Part shown: positions 41,176 through 50,805 of the stretch, piece by piece
Layout: each line of letters opens with the position of its first letter
Numbering within the stretch: the stretch's first letter is position 1
DNA from: Anaerolineae bacterium
GTDB taxonomy: Bacteria > Chloroflexota > Anaerolineae > Anaerolineales > UBA4823
Direction of reading: 5' to 3'
Length of the DNA: 64,000 nt
NCBI GenBank assembly: GCA_003130835.1
Contig: QEXX01000120.1
Location: 23,997-87,996 of the forward strand
Made by a program: the position numbers and the translations under genes
Notes under the pieces: generated by a model
Told to the model about the DNA's origin: nothing
Seen by the model: the letters and a program-made list of their open reading frames with translations, nothing else
Databases searched by the model: none

Positions 41176-43057
41176 TGGAAAACTGCTACGGGTTAACTTG
41201 AGCGACTCCTCTTGGCGAGTTGAGGCGATTGACGATGCGTTTTGGCGTTTATATTTTGGGGGTTGGGGGTTGATTGCCTACTACTTGTTGAAAGAACTGC
41301 CGCCGGGAATTGATCCGCTCAGCCCTGAGAACAAGCTGATTTTTGCTAACGGTTTGGTGACCGGGGCAGCCGTTGGCGGCAGTGGGCGTCATGCGGTTGG
41401 AGCAAAATCGCCCCTCATTGGCGGTTTTGGCGAAGCCGATGTGGGCGGCTTTTGGGGGGCGGAGCTTGCTAAGGCTGGCTACGATGCTATTCTCATCGAA
41501 GGCAAAGCTGCGAAGCCGGTCTATTTGGTGGTTCATGATGATCAGGTGGAAATTCGCCCTGCCGAACATTTGTGGGGGTTGCTCACGGCACGCACGCAAG
41601 CCCTGATTCATGAGGAGTTAGGCGATCACCGCGTGCGGGTGGCACAAATCGGCCCTGCTGGCGAACGGCTTTCCCCCATTTCAGCCATTATGCACGATAT
41701 CAATCGCGCTGCCGCCCGCACCGGTCTGGGAGCTGTGATGGGCAGCAAAAACCTGAAGGCAATTGCTGTACGGGGGACACAAAAGGTGACTCCCCATAAT
41801 TCCAAGGCGCTCAATGAGCTGGCAAAATGGTACGCCCAGCATTTTCCGGAAACCTGGGCGGCTGATCTGCGCTTAAACGGCACGGCTTCGGGTGTCGTTC
41901 ATCATCAGCTGAGCGGCGGCCTGCCCACCCGTAACTTCCGGCAGGGGATATTCGAGGGCTATGAAGCCATCAGCGGCGAGACGATGACTGAGACCATCCT
42001 TAAGGAGCGAGATACCTGTTTTGCTTGTCCAGTGCATTGTAAACGGGTGGTCGAAGTGCAAGAAGGGGAGGCTCCGGTCGAGGCGATTTATGGCGGGCCC
42101 GAATATGAAACGATCGCGGCTTTTGGTTCAATGTGCGCCGTGGATGATCTGACGGCCATTGCACGCGCCAATCAACTGTGCAACGCCTATGGGATGGACA
42201 CGATCTCGGCTGGCGTAACGGTTGCGTGGGCGATGGATTGTTTTGAGCGGGGCTTACTGACTGTGGAGGATACCGGGGGCATTGAACTGCGCTTTGGCAA
42301 TGCCCAAGCGATGGTGCAAGTTGTCGAACTCATGGGCAAGCGGGAAGGTTTCGGTTTTCTCCTTTCGCAAGGTTCGTTACGCGCCGCCCGCGCAATCGGA
42401 CGCGGCACAGAAGAATTGGCGGTGCAAGTTAAGGGGCAAGAAGTGCCCATGCACGAACCGCGGATCAAATATGCCCTGGGTATCGGTTATGCTGTCTCTC
42501 CTACCGGTGCCGATCATAACCATAATGTTCATGACACCGATTATACGACCGAAGAGAGCATAGCTCCTCTGCGACCCTTTGGAATCACACGCCCATTGCC
42601 GATTGACGACCTCAGCCGCGATAAGATGCGCTTGGCAGCCGTTGAAATCCCTTGGTCGGTGACGATGAATCTTATGGGCTTTTGTGGTTTTATCTTTTTC
42701 ACATTTGGCCGTCCTCAACTAGTGTCCCTAATCCAAGCGGTGACCGGCTGGGACATCACGATGGAAGAGTTATTAAGAGCTGGGGAACGGGCTTACACCT
42801 TGGCGCGCATCTTCAATCTGCGCGAGGGATTGTCGGCTGCTGATGACCGCTTGCCCAAAATCTTCCACCAACCTTTTGAAACAGGCCCTTCGGCGGGAAA
42901 CTATTTGCCCCCCGATCAAGTCCAAGAAGCCATTAAAACCTTCTATGAATTGATGGGCTGGGACCGTGAGCAGGGCATCCCTACCAAAGCCTGCCTGGAG
43001 CGTTTGCAGATTGCTTGGGCAGTGGATCATTTGCCGTTGACGAAGAACATTTTTTAG
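41159..43057 (+). CDS. Aldehyde:ferredoxin oxidoreductase family (tungstopterin) enzyme
   Basis: N-terminal GKLLRVNLS start, the 4Fe-4S ligand motif CFACPVHC, and a length of about 630 aa. The start overlaps the end of the dehydratase gene. Confidence 0.88.
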   Translation: MVLGINGKLLRVNLSDSSWRVEAIDDAFWRLYFGGWGLIAYYLLKELPPGIDPLSPENKLIFANGLVTGAAVGGSGRHAVGAKSPLIGGFGEADVGGFWGAELAKAGYDAILIEGKAAKPVYLVVHDDQVEIRPAEHLWGLLTARTQALIHEELGDHRVRVAQIGPAGERLSPISAIMHDINRAAARTGLGAVMGSKNLKAIAVRGTQKVTPHNSKALNELAKWYAQHFPETWAADLRLNGTASGVVHHQLSGGLPTRNFRQGIFEGYEAISGETMTETILKERDTCFACPVHCKRVVEVQEGEAPVEAIYGGPEYETIAAFGSMCAVDDLTAIARANQLCNAYGMDTISAGVTVAWAMDCFERGLLTVEDTGGIELRFGNAQAMVQVVELMGKREGFGFLLSQGSLRAARAIGRGTEELAVQVKGQEVPMHEPRIKYALGIGYAVSPTGADHNHNVHDTDYTTEESIAPLRPFGITRPLPIDDLSRDKMRLAAVEIPWSVTMNLMGFCGFIFFTFGRPQLVSLIQAVTGWDITMEELLRAGERAYTLARIFNLREGLSAADDRLPKIFHQPFETGPSAGNYLPPDQVQEAIKTFYELMGWDREQGIPTKACLERLQIAWAVDHLPLTKNIF

Positions 43058-43138
43058 CAATGACAGGTGATGGGGGTTGCTTACCCCCCGCTTGTTGATT
43101 TTGTTTGGTTTGATCGATTTGTAGTAAAGGAGGATGAC

Positions 43139-44602
43139 ATGAAGAAAAGGCTTTCTCGCCGTGAGTTCTTGAAGATTGGTGCCCTTGGCGGTGCAGCGTT
43201 GATCGTTTCGCGGTGCGCTCCAGCCCAAACGCCCACCCAACCAAGCCCCCCAACACCCACTGCGGCCGTCAGTATCCCAGAGACTGCAGCCCCCACGCCA
43301 ACCGTCAGCGACGCAACCTACGAAGAGTGGATTAACAGCATCGCCAGCACCGACCCGATTGAAATCCGCATTGCGCATTGGTTCGATCCCAATAACCCTT
43401 CTGAGCACAACCAAGAGCTGATCGATTGGGCAACGAGCGAATGGAAGAAACGGTATCCCAATGGCAAGATCAACTGGGAACTGATCGGATGGGGCGAGAT
43501 CGACCAAAAGACAGCCGGTTTTGTTATGGCAAATGAGCCGGTGGACATCACCTATAACTGGGGTGGAGCGACTGAAAACTGGTGCAGTGGCGATTTCGTC
43601 CTACCCTTAGACGGTCAAATGCCCAAGTGGTGGGTGGATTCGCGCATCCCTGCTACCTTGCAGCCTCCTTCCAATGGACTGTGCAGCGACGGACGCTTGG
43701 TCATGGCCGCCATGGGCATGGAAAATCAAGCCGTGATCGTGCGCTCCGATTTGCTAGAAGCTGCTGGGATTGACCCCAATAGCCTTGCCTCGCAAGAAGG
43801 TTTTGTGGCGGCTATGCAAGCCTTGAGCCAACAACCTGGCTTTGAGAAGCCCTACGCCTTTAAGATGGGCGCCGATTGGTCGATGATGGATTCAATCCTC
43901 TTTGCTTGGCGTGGAAACGGCTTGACCTTCGGCGATTTCCGCCCCGATAGCTCAGAGAAAGACGCTTGGCTGCAATCAGCCGAGTTTGTCAAAAAACTGA
44001 TGGAGCTAACCCCCGAAGCAGCTTTGAACTGGACTTGGGCAGAGGTTGAACAAGCTTACTCCACCGGTCAAATTGCCGCCATGGATCATGGCAATTGGTT
44101 TTATAGCGTTGGCAAGACCTTAGATACGGAAGGCAAGATTGTCAATGAAAAGATCACTGGCTTAGTGCCCTATCCCTATGGCCCCTCCAGCCCGGAGAAG
44201 AAGCCCTTTATCACCTTTAGTTTGACCGGCTTCTATCTGCTCAAAACCTCCCCCGAAAAGAACCGACGGGCTGCGCTTGATCTAATGGCAATCCTCTCGC
44301 AAACCAAAGCAGCCTGGAAGCACCAAGACGGCACAGTCCCTCCAACCACTGGCTGGACGATCGAAGAGCGGCTTAAAGAAGCCTATGATCCTTCCATTGC
44401 TTGGTGGTGGAAGCGTTGGGAAGAGATGAATCAGACCAGCCGCATTGTGCCTCTGAGCGGCTTTTTGGCGCGCGATGAGATCACCGGCGCTGCTTATCCA
44501 CTGCTGGTCTCTATGTACCGTAATGAAATCACCCCCGATCAGCTTTATACGCAGATGCGCGACATAGCATTGCCACTCATCGAAGCCGCCAAAAAACAAT
44601 AA
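43139..44602 (+). CDS. ABC transporter extracellular solute-binding lipoprotein (sugar type)
   Basis: MKKRLSRREFLKIGALGGAALIVSRC is a Tat-like signal with a lipobox Cys. AAGGAGGA precedes ATG 43139. Confidence 0.85.
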   Translation: MKKRLSRREFLKIGALGGAALIVSRCAPAQTPTQPSPPTPTAAVSIPETAAPTPTVSDATYEEWINSIASTDPIEIRIAHWFDPNNPSEHNQELIDWATSEWKKRYPNGKINWELIGWGEIDQKTAGFVMANEPVDITYNWGGATENWCSGDFVLPLDGQMPKWWVDSRIPATLQPPSNGLCSDGRLVMAAMGMENQAVIVRSDLLEAAGIDPNSLASQEGFVAAMQALSQQPGFEKPYAFKMGADWSMMDSILFAWRGNGLTFGDFRPDSSEKDAWLQSAEFVKKLMELTPEAALNWTWAEVEQAYSTGQIAAMDHGNWFYSVGKTLDTEGKIVNEKITGLVPYPYGPSSPEKKPFITFSLTGFYLLKTSPEKNRRAALDLMAILSQTKAAWKHQDGTVPPTTGWTIEERLKEAYDPSIAWWWKRWEEMNQTSRIVPLSGFLARDEITGAAYPLLVSMYRNEITPDQLYTQMRDIALPLIEAAKKQ

Positions 44603-44625
44603 AATGGAAGGTTAGATCTCATCCG

Positions 44626-45576
44626 ATGATCGAACCACAGACGATCTCTCAAGCCGTTGGCGCTTCTTCCAGAATACGAGGGCTGTTTTCTAGCCGTCTC
44701 AAACGCGATGAAATTGTCCTGGGATACGCTCTGCTGCTGCCTAGCTTTGTGTTTATTGGCTTGGTGATCGGCTATCCATTGGTTCGCTCTGCTCAATTGA
44801 GTCTGAATCGCTTTAAGTTAACTGCTGGGGTCGATTCGGAGCAGTTTTGCGGACTGTGTAACTTCCAAAGCCTGCTCCACGACCCCTTCTTAGATGTCTA
44901 TATGCGTAACCAGGTGATCTGGGTGTTGGGGGCGACCTTTTTGCCGATTCTCTTTGCTTTGGTCCTCGCCTTACTCATGGATCGGGAACTACGCGGGCGC
45001 TGGTTTTGGCGGTCGGTGGTTTTGATCCCGTGGATGATGCCTATTGCCACCACTGCCTTGACCTGGCGTTGGATTTATGACCGTCAGTGGGGGTTACTCA
45101 ACTATTTCTTGCGCCAACTAGGACTGATTTCCGAAAATGTGGGCTTTCTGACCGATAAACTGTGGCTCTGGCCTTCAATTTTGTTGATGGCAATGTGGAT
45201 GTGGTTCCCCTACAACTATGTTGCCATCTTAGCTGCCTTACAAGCTATCCCAAAAGAGATGCGGGAAGCTGCTCGTGTGGATGGCTGCACTTCTTGGAAA
45301 GAAATTTGGTATATTACCTTGCCCAGTATTCGCCCGGTGCTCACCCTTTTAGTCGTGTTGGGTTTGATCTGGTCGATGAATGACTTTACCGCCATCTTCT
45401 TGCTCACCGAGGGGGGACCCGGCATCGACTCGACCACCCTGGCGCCACTTGTCTATAAAGTTTCCTTTCGCTACTATGATTTGGGCAAAGGGGCGGCGAT
45501 TGGGATGGTTTTGATGCTCATCAGCCTCATTTTTGGAGCCATCTATCTACAAATGGTCAAGGCGGAGGAGAAATGA
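44626..45576 (+). CDS. ABC sugar transporter permease
   Basis: Six TM segments and an EAA loop (EAARVDGCTSWKEIWYITLP). Confidence 0.9.
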   Translation: MIEPQTISQAVGASSRIRGLFSSRLKRDEIVLGYALLLPSFVFIGLVIGYPLVRSAQLSLNRFKLTAGVDSEQFCGLCNFQSLLHDPFLDVYMRNQVIWVLGATFLPILFALVLALLMDRELRGRWFWRSVVLIPWMMPIATTALTWRWIYDRQWGLLNYFLRQLGLISENVGFLTDKLWLWPSILLMAMWMWFPYNYVAILAALQAIPKEMREAARVDGCTSWKEIWYITLPSIRPVLTLLVVLGLIWSMNDFTAIFLLTEGGPGIDSTTLAPLVYKVSFRYYDLGKGAAIGMVLMLISLIFGAIYLQMVKAEEK

Positions 45577-46430
45577 GCCGCTTGCGGCGTTTTCTGCGCA
45601 GGTTGAGGGAAGCAGTTCCAGTTTACACGGCGTTGGTCGGGTTAACCGTTTTTATTGTAGTCCCTTTCCTATGGCTCTTGACATCTACCCTGCGTCCGGT
45701 CTCGGAGCTTTATGTCTATCCACCGCGCTGGATTCCCCAAACTTTCACCCTGATTGCCTATCAGAAGGCTTTTCAGACCTTTGCCAAACCGTTGGTTAAT
45801 TCGGCCGTTTACGGGTTGGTGACAGCCATTTTGACTCTGATTGTAGCTTGTCCGGCAGCCTACAGCTTGACCCGTTTGAACTATCCGGGTAAGCGTAGTG
45901 TGACGGCTGTCTTCCTGCTAACCCAGATGTTGCCCTTTGTGCTCTTGCTTTTGCCATTGTATATCATTTACCTAAAGTTAGGGTTATACAACAGTCGTGT
46001 GGGTTTAATCGTTGGTTTCACTGCACTCACGGTGCCGTATTCCGTACTATTGCTGCGCAGCTTCTTTGCTGGGCTACCAATCGAATTAGAAGAGCAAGCG
46101 ATGATCGATGGTTGCACGCGATTGGGGGCATTATGGCGCATTGTGCTGCCCCTTTCGACACCCGTTTTGGTGGCCGTCGTGCTCAGCAGTATTGTTTTAG
46201 TGTGGAATGACGTCCTGTTCACCATCTTCCTCAGCAAAGATCTAGAAGTTCAAACCGCATCGGTAGCTCTCTATCGCTTTTTCACCGTACGGTCTGCCTC
46301 CGGAGGGGTTGCCCAAAAAGAAGTCATGTTAGCAGGAGGGGTCATTCTGACCTTACCGGTCATCGCATTGTTTACCTTTTTGCAGAAATATATCGCCGCT
46401 GGTATTACGGCCGGAGCGTTGAAAGGGTGA
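45573..46430 (+). CDS. ABC sugar transporter permease
   Basis: EAA loop (EQAMIDGCTRLGALWRIVLP). ATGA overlap with the preceding permease gene. Confidence 0.9.
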   Translation: MSRLRRFLRRLREAVPVYTALVGLTVFIVVPFLWLLTSTLRPVSELYVYPPRWIPQTFTLIAYQKAFQTFAKPLVNSAVYGLVTAILTLIVACPAAYSLTRLNYPGKRSVTAVFLLTQMLPFVLLLLPLYIIYLKLGLYNSRVGLIVGFTALTVPYSVLLLRSFFAGLPIELEEQAMIDGCTRLGALWRIVLPLSTPVLVAVVLSSIVLVWNDVLFTIFLSKDLEVQTASVALYRFFTVRSASGGVAQKEVMLAGGVILTLPVIALFTFLQKYIAAGITAGALKG

Positions 46431-46492
46431 AACTTAGATGAAGTAGCCATAGCGATCAATTGTTATGCATCACCAGGACAAGGAGTTTTAGG

Positions 46493-47326
46493 ATGTACCA
46501 AGAATGGTTTGTTACCGAGTATTTCTCTCAATATGATGAATTTGAGGATTGGGCAAAGGGGGGCAAAACGCGCAGTATTAATGTCTACGATAAGTGGATG
46601 CTCATTGTCAATCTCAACCAACAGGAGGAAGCGCAAGTCACACTTACGTTTTATTACATGGACGAGCCGCCGCAAGAGTTCACCTTTCGCTTGGCGGCCG
46701 GCAGACAAGGGCGACTGCACTTTTCCGATGAACCGGATAACCTAGGGACGATCAATCTGCCGCCCGGCTGCAACCCGCGCAAACGCTTTGGGGTGCGCGT
46801 GCGTAGCACCCAACCGGTGGTCGTCCAAGCTACGGCGGGTGATCGCATCGGTGAGGAACGCATCACCAACAGCATGGCAACTTATCTGTATCACCCAGGT
46901 CCACTCGGAGAAGCCGAGAAAACCTGGATGTACGTAGATTGTGTGTATTTAGTCTCCGATCGGTTTCCCTTGGAGGAGCGTGAATGGCTCTCTGTGCTGA
47001 ACCCCAATTCACAGACGGCGCATTGCACGGTGACCTTTATTCCAGGCGGCGACGTGGATGTTGGTTTACAAGTTTCGAAGCCGATTCAGGCTTCTGTGGC
47101 AGAAGTTCAACATGCCTTTGAAGTTGCCCCTGAGCGTTTGTTTTCGGTTTTGATCTCCGATTGGCAAGATGTGCTTCCCAACCAGCCGTATGCCGTGCGT
47201 GTGGAGAGTGATTTGCCGATCACTCTGCAAGGGATACGCCACATCTTCGAGCGCGGTCAGTACGAGTTCTCGCGCTGCTGGGCGGTCTTAGACGCTATTC
47301 CGATTCCGCCAGCGGTAAGGAGGTAG
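46493..47326 (+). CDS. Conserved hypothetical protein (possibly tandem ASRT/TM1070-like beta-sandwich)
   Basis: 277 aa from ATG 46493, with AAGGAG upstream. It has two internally similar halves. The family assignment is from memory only. Confidence 0.35.
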   Translation: MYQEWFVTEYFSQYDEFEDWAKGGKTRSINVYDKWMLIVNLNQQEEAQVTLTFYYMDEPPQEFTFRLAAGRQGRLHFSDEPDNLGTINLPPGCNPRKRFGVRVRSTQPVVVQATAGDRIGEERITNSMATYLYHPGPLGEAEKTWMYVDCVYLVSDRFPLEEREWLSVLNPNSQTAHCTVTFIPGGDVDVGLQVSKPIQASVAEVQHAFEVAPERLFSVLISDWQDVLPNQPYAVRVESDLPITLQGIRHIFERGQYEFSRCWAVLDAIPIPPAVRR

Positions 47327-47337
47327 AAAGGTGGCAC

Positions 47338-48078
47338 ATGGAAAACACCATTATTGCCAAATATTTTGAGACCGTCCGACAAGCTCTACAGAAAGTCGAA
47401 CAGACGCAATCGCTGGCAGTCCAGCAGGCGGCTCAACTCACTGCTCAACGCCTGATCGCAGGGAATATTCTGCACGTCTTTGGCACGGGTCATAGCCACA
47501 TTCTGGCTGAAGAGGTCTTTTTTCGTGCCGGTGGCTTGGTTCAGGTAAATGCCATTTTGGATCCGGCCTTGATGCTTCATCTTAGCGCCTCGAAAAGCAC
47601 CGACTTGGAACGCCTGGAGAACTATGCCCGCATTGTCCTCGATCGCTATGATCTCCGTTCCGGCGATGTTCTCCTCGTTGTCTCCAATTCAGGACGCAAT
47701 GCTGTGCCCATAGAGGCTGCGCTTTATGGGCGTGAACATGGCTTGCATGTAATTGCGATGACCTCGGCGAGCGCCTATGCTGGTTTGCCCTCCCGGCATC
47801 CATCTGGTAAAAAGCTCACCGATGTCGCCGATCTGGTCATCGATACCTGCGTTCCTGAAGGAGATGCCTCGTTGAGCTTGCCGGGCTTGGAACAGCGCTT
47901 TGGGCCCCTTTCGACCATTCTAGGTTCAGCCCTGATTCAAGCCTATATCTGCGCGATTATCGAAACCATGCTCAATCATCAGGTGCAGCCCAAGGTGCTG
48001 ATCAGCGCCAATGTGGATAGCGGGCAGGATCATTCAGCCTTGTTCCAAGAATATCGCCAACGCATTCGTCACTTCTAG
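47338..48078 (+). CDS. SIS (sugar isomerase) domain protein
   Basis: GTGHSHILAEE and VVSNSGRNAVPIE motifs, typical of the SIS fold. Confidence 0.75.
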   Translation: MENTIIAKYFETVRQALQKVEQTQSLAVQQAAQLTAQRLIAGNILHVFGTGHSHILAEEVFFRAGGLVQVNAILDPALMLHLSASKSTDLERLENYARIVLDRYDLRSGDVLLVVSNSGRNAVPIEAALYGREHGLHVIAMTSASAYAGLPSRHPSGKKLTDVADLVIDTCVPEGDASLSLPGLEQRFGPLSTILGSALIQAYICAIIETMLNHQVQPKVLISANVDSGQDHSALFQEYRQRIRHF

Positions 48079-48086
48079 TAGAAGGC

Positions 48087-49082
48087 ATGAGCGGCGACAA
48101 AACCTCTCTGTGTGCCTTAGGTTTGGACTTAGGCGGTGCCGGCCTCAAGGGCGGCATTGTCAACAGCGAGGGAAAACTTCTTGAAGGAAAGCATCTCCCC
48201 AGCCCGGTACACGATCAGCCCGAGCAGATAGCTGATGTTCTTGCCAAGCTGCTGCGTGACTTGGCGGAAGAAGCTCAGGCACAAGGGTGGGAGGTGGTTG
48301 GTGCTGGCGTTTCTTCTACATTAGATGTTGATCCCCAAAGTGGGTGTTTCTTGCCACCTCACTTTGCGCACTTAGAAGGCTGGCAGGGTTACCCGATCGC
48401 TCAATACTTGCAAGATGCCATCGATCTGCCGGTTTTGGTCGAAAATGACGGTCCGATGTGCGCGTGGGGTGAATACCTTGTCGGAGCAGGCAGAGACTAT
48501 AACAGCCTTGTCATGGTCACCTTAGGCAGCGGTGTAGGTGGAGGCGTTATCTTAGAGGGTAAACGCTTGCCCGATACGCTCGGTCGGGCAGCCTATTTTG
48601 GCCATCTTTGTATCGATCAGCATGGATTAGCCTGTCCGTGCGGGCGGCGGGGCTGTTGGGAAATGTATGTCTCAGCGACCGCCTTGGAACGGCGTGCAGC
48701 CGAGGCGGTCGCTGCGGCTTTGCATCCCACCCGCTTAGACAAGCGCCCAACCGCTCAGCAAATTGTTGCTATGGCTCAGCAGGGAGATGCTTTGGCTTGC
48801 AGGCTGCTCGTGGAACATGCTGGCTTTTTGGCGGTGGGCTTAACCGATTTAGCCAATCTTTTTGCACCGCCCCTGATCGTGATCGGTGGCGGGCTGTCAC
48901 AAGCTGGCGAACTGCTCTTGGCGCCTGCTCGGGAGCAGATGAATGCACTCCGTTTGCCAATCTGCCCAAAAATTGCTGTGGTTGCTTCGCAATTGCCGTT
49001 CGAAGCCGGCTTGCTAGGAGCAGCCCTACTTGCTCTAGAACGCTTTGGAGGTGTCTATGTCCGAAATGCCAAACAGTCCTAA
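48087..49082 (+). CDS. ROK family sugar kinase
   Basis: LGLDLGGAG ATP-binding start, ENDG, and the zinc motif CPCGRRGCWE. Confidence 0.85.
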   Translation: MSGDKTSLCALGLDLGGAGLKGGIVNSEGKLLEGKHLPSPVHDQPEQIADVLAKLLRDLAEEAQAQGWEVVGAGVSSTLDVDPQSGCFLPPHFAHLEGWQGYPIAQYLQDAIDLPVLVENDGPMCAWGEYLVGAGRDYNSLVMVTLGSGVGGGVILEGKRLPDTLGRAAYFGHLCIDQHGLACPCGRRGCWEMYVSATALERRAAEAVAAALHPTRLDKRPTAQQIVAMAQQGDALACRLLVEHAGFLAVGLTDLANLFAPPLIVIGGGLSQAGELLLAPAREQMNALRLPICPKIAVVASQLPFEAGLLGAALLALERFGGVYVRNAKQS

Positions 49083-49551
49083 TGTGGCTTTGCCCATCAA
49101 GGGCCCTTTTACTCCCGAAAAACTAGGCGAGTTCCTCTCTCGTCCGCTGATCGCCCGCTTTGCCACGGTGACCAAGACCGGGAAACCACATGTTGTCCCC
49201 GTTTGGTTTGACTGGGATGGAACGCATCTTTGGGTGACCCTTGACCGTCGCTCGCAAAAGTACCGCAATATGCTTTCCAATCCCTATTGTGCGGTGACCA
49301 TCGATGAGACGTGGGGAGGCTTACGCTTTATTGGGGTGATCTTTGAAGGGCGGGTGGAACTAATCGATCAACCTGAGGATTGGGCGCGGGACTTTGTCCG
49401 CAAGGTATACACCAAATATATGGGCGTAGAAGGCTTATGCGCCCGCACCATCCAGCGCATGATCAACGAAGGGCAGCATGTCGTGGCGAAGATCACGCCC
49501 GAAAAGATCCTCACCTGGGATGACACGTCTGGTGCGGCGCCGGTAGGGTAG
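49057..49551 (+). CDS. Pyridoxamine 5'-phosphate oxidase-like (split-barrel flavin/F420) protein
   Basis: ARFATVTKTGKPHVVPVWFDWDG pattern. GGAGG lies 5 nt upstream of ATG 49057. Confidence 0.65.
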   Translation: MSEMPNSPNVALPIKGPFTPEKLGEFLSRPLIARFATVTKTGKPHVVPVWFDWDGTHLWVTLDRRSQKYRNMLSNPYCAVTIDETWGGLRFIGVIFEGRVELIDQPEDWARDFVRKVYTKYMGVEGLCARTIQRMINEGQHVVAKITPEKILTWDDTSGAAPVG

Positions 49552-49704
49552 GCAAACTTCGTCTTCGTCTAAAGGCTCTCTCAACCAGCCAACAAACGCA
49601 TGAAAGCATAGGAAAGCTTGCCGTTGCTAAACTAGCAGGCTTCCTTAAGCTTTTTCGAACTTTGCCGATAAGGAGGATAGAAACCACATCGAAGAGCGCA
49701 GCAG

Positions 49705-50439
49705 ATGCAGGTGCAAGTCTCTACCCTTCAAAGCCTTCAGATGGAAGCCTGGCTCTCCACGTCGCTAGGGATTGCCAAAGGACGGCAAGCTTCTCCCGAA
49801 GCAAAGAATCAGCTTGCCCTGTCCGACTTAAGCCAGATCATCCTGCGCCAAGGCTGGAGTGAGGTGCAGTTCTCGGCTCAATCCAGCCGCTTGGTTTTGC
49901 GCCGCGATGGCAGCCTCGCCCTAGCGGTTGAAACCCACACTTCGTTGACGGCTCGTCGCCAGCAGACCTTGCTCGAAATCCATCTGCCGGCTTCGCTTTT
50001 GGGCAAAGGGCTGGAGTTGAAGGCGCCTTTGACGCTTGAGGTGCAGGCTTGGGATGAGCGCATGCGCGTGCAGACCTTGCGCCAGGTTTCTTTGATCAAG
50101 CCCATGCGGCGGGTGGAGGAGATTTTGGGCGATATCCTGAGCGCCATCCAAGAGGCTTTTGGGCAGAAGGATGCCAAAGCGTTGCGCCTGGTTTTCGATG
50201 AGGAGGCGCTGAAAATCCTCTCTGCGGACGAAAAGCTGCGTAAGCTCGTTCAGGAATTGCTCAGCTTGGTGCAGGTCATCCAAGCGCTACGCCAACAGGG
50301 GCAACCTGCTGAAACGTGGCTGGTTAACATCTCCGGTAAGGGAAAGCCCTATTGGCAGATAACTGAAGAGGAAGCAGTGCAAAGCGAAGAAAACCGCCTG
50401 ACACTGCGCTTGATTTTTGAACCTTCCGAACCAGCTTAA
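49705..50439 (+). CDS. Hypothetical protein
   Basis: 244-aa ORF with no recognised motif. Weak support. Confidence 0.35.
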   Translation: MQVQVSTLQSLQMEAWLSTSLGIAKGRQASPEAKNQLALSDLSQIILRQGWSEVQFSAQSSRLVLRRDGSLALAVETHTSLTARRQQTLLEIHLPASLLGKGLELKAPLTLEVQAWDERMRVQTLRQVSLIKPMRRVEEILGDILSAIQEAFGQKDAKALRLVFDEEALKILSADEKLRKLVQELLSLVQVIQALRQQGQPAETWLVNISGKGKPYWQITEEEAVQSEENRLTLRLIFEPSEPA

Positions 50440-50570
50440 TCCTGTGCTTGACTGCCGAAAAACCATGTTTGCGGGTGTTTGCACCCTGAGCCTATTCGGC
50501 TTTTTTATGGTAGCGATATTGCCGGACAGGTTTTGGTGGACGGGGACGTCCGCCCTGCGGCTTTGCTTTG

Positions 50571-50753
50571 CGGGTGAAGCAGCGAGCGTACCGAAACCCG
50601 TTGGGTTGGGTCTCGGTACGGCAGGGAGAGCACCTGCCTACTCGACCAGCGGGATTAAGCGGGTTGAGCAGCGAGCATACCGAAACCCGTTGGGTTGGGT
50701 CTCGGTACGGGCTGACGCCCTACTCGACCCGTAAGTATGAAGGCGGGTTGAAG
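50571..50753. repeat. Tandem hairpin repeat of about 88 bp, 2.1 copies
   Basis: GCGGGT(G/T)(A/G)AGCAGCGAGC(G/A)TACCGAAACCCGTTGGGTTGGGTCTCGGTACGG ... CTACTCGACC occurs at 50571-50647 and 50659-50729, with a partial third start at 50743. Each unit holds the hairpin GTACCGAAACCC / GGGTCTCGGTAC. Confidence 0.75.
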
Positions 50754-50805
50754 GGAAAGGGTTGAGGTGCGATCTGCGAAAATAGCAGGGTATAATCCGC
50801 TTGTT

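Noticed and set aside
42773-43507. 244-aa minus-strand ORF spanning the AOR / binding-protein junction
   Set aside because: It is antisense to two well-supported plus-strand genes and has a low-complexity Arg/Gly/Trp-rich translation. It is a shadow ORF of GC-rich DNA.
50417-50765. ORFs of 105 aa and 65 aa reading through the tandem hairpin repeat
   Set aside because: Their internal repeats simply mirror the DNA repeat. The hairpin structure and the lack of start or RBS context argue for a non-coding element.
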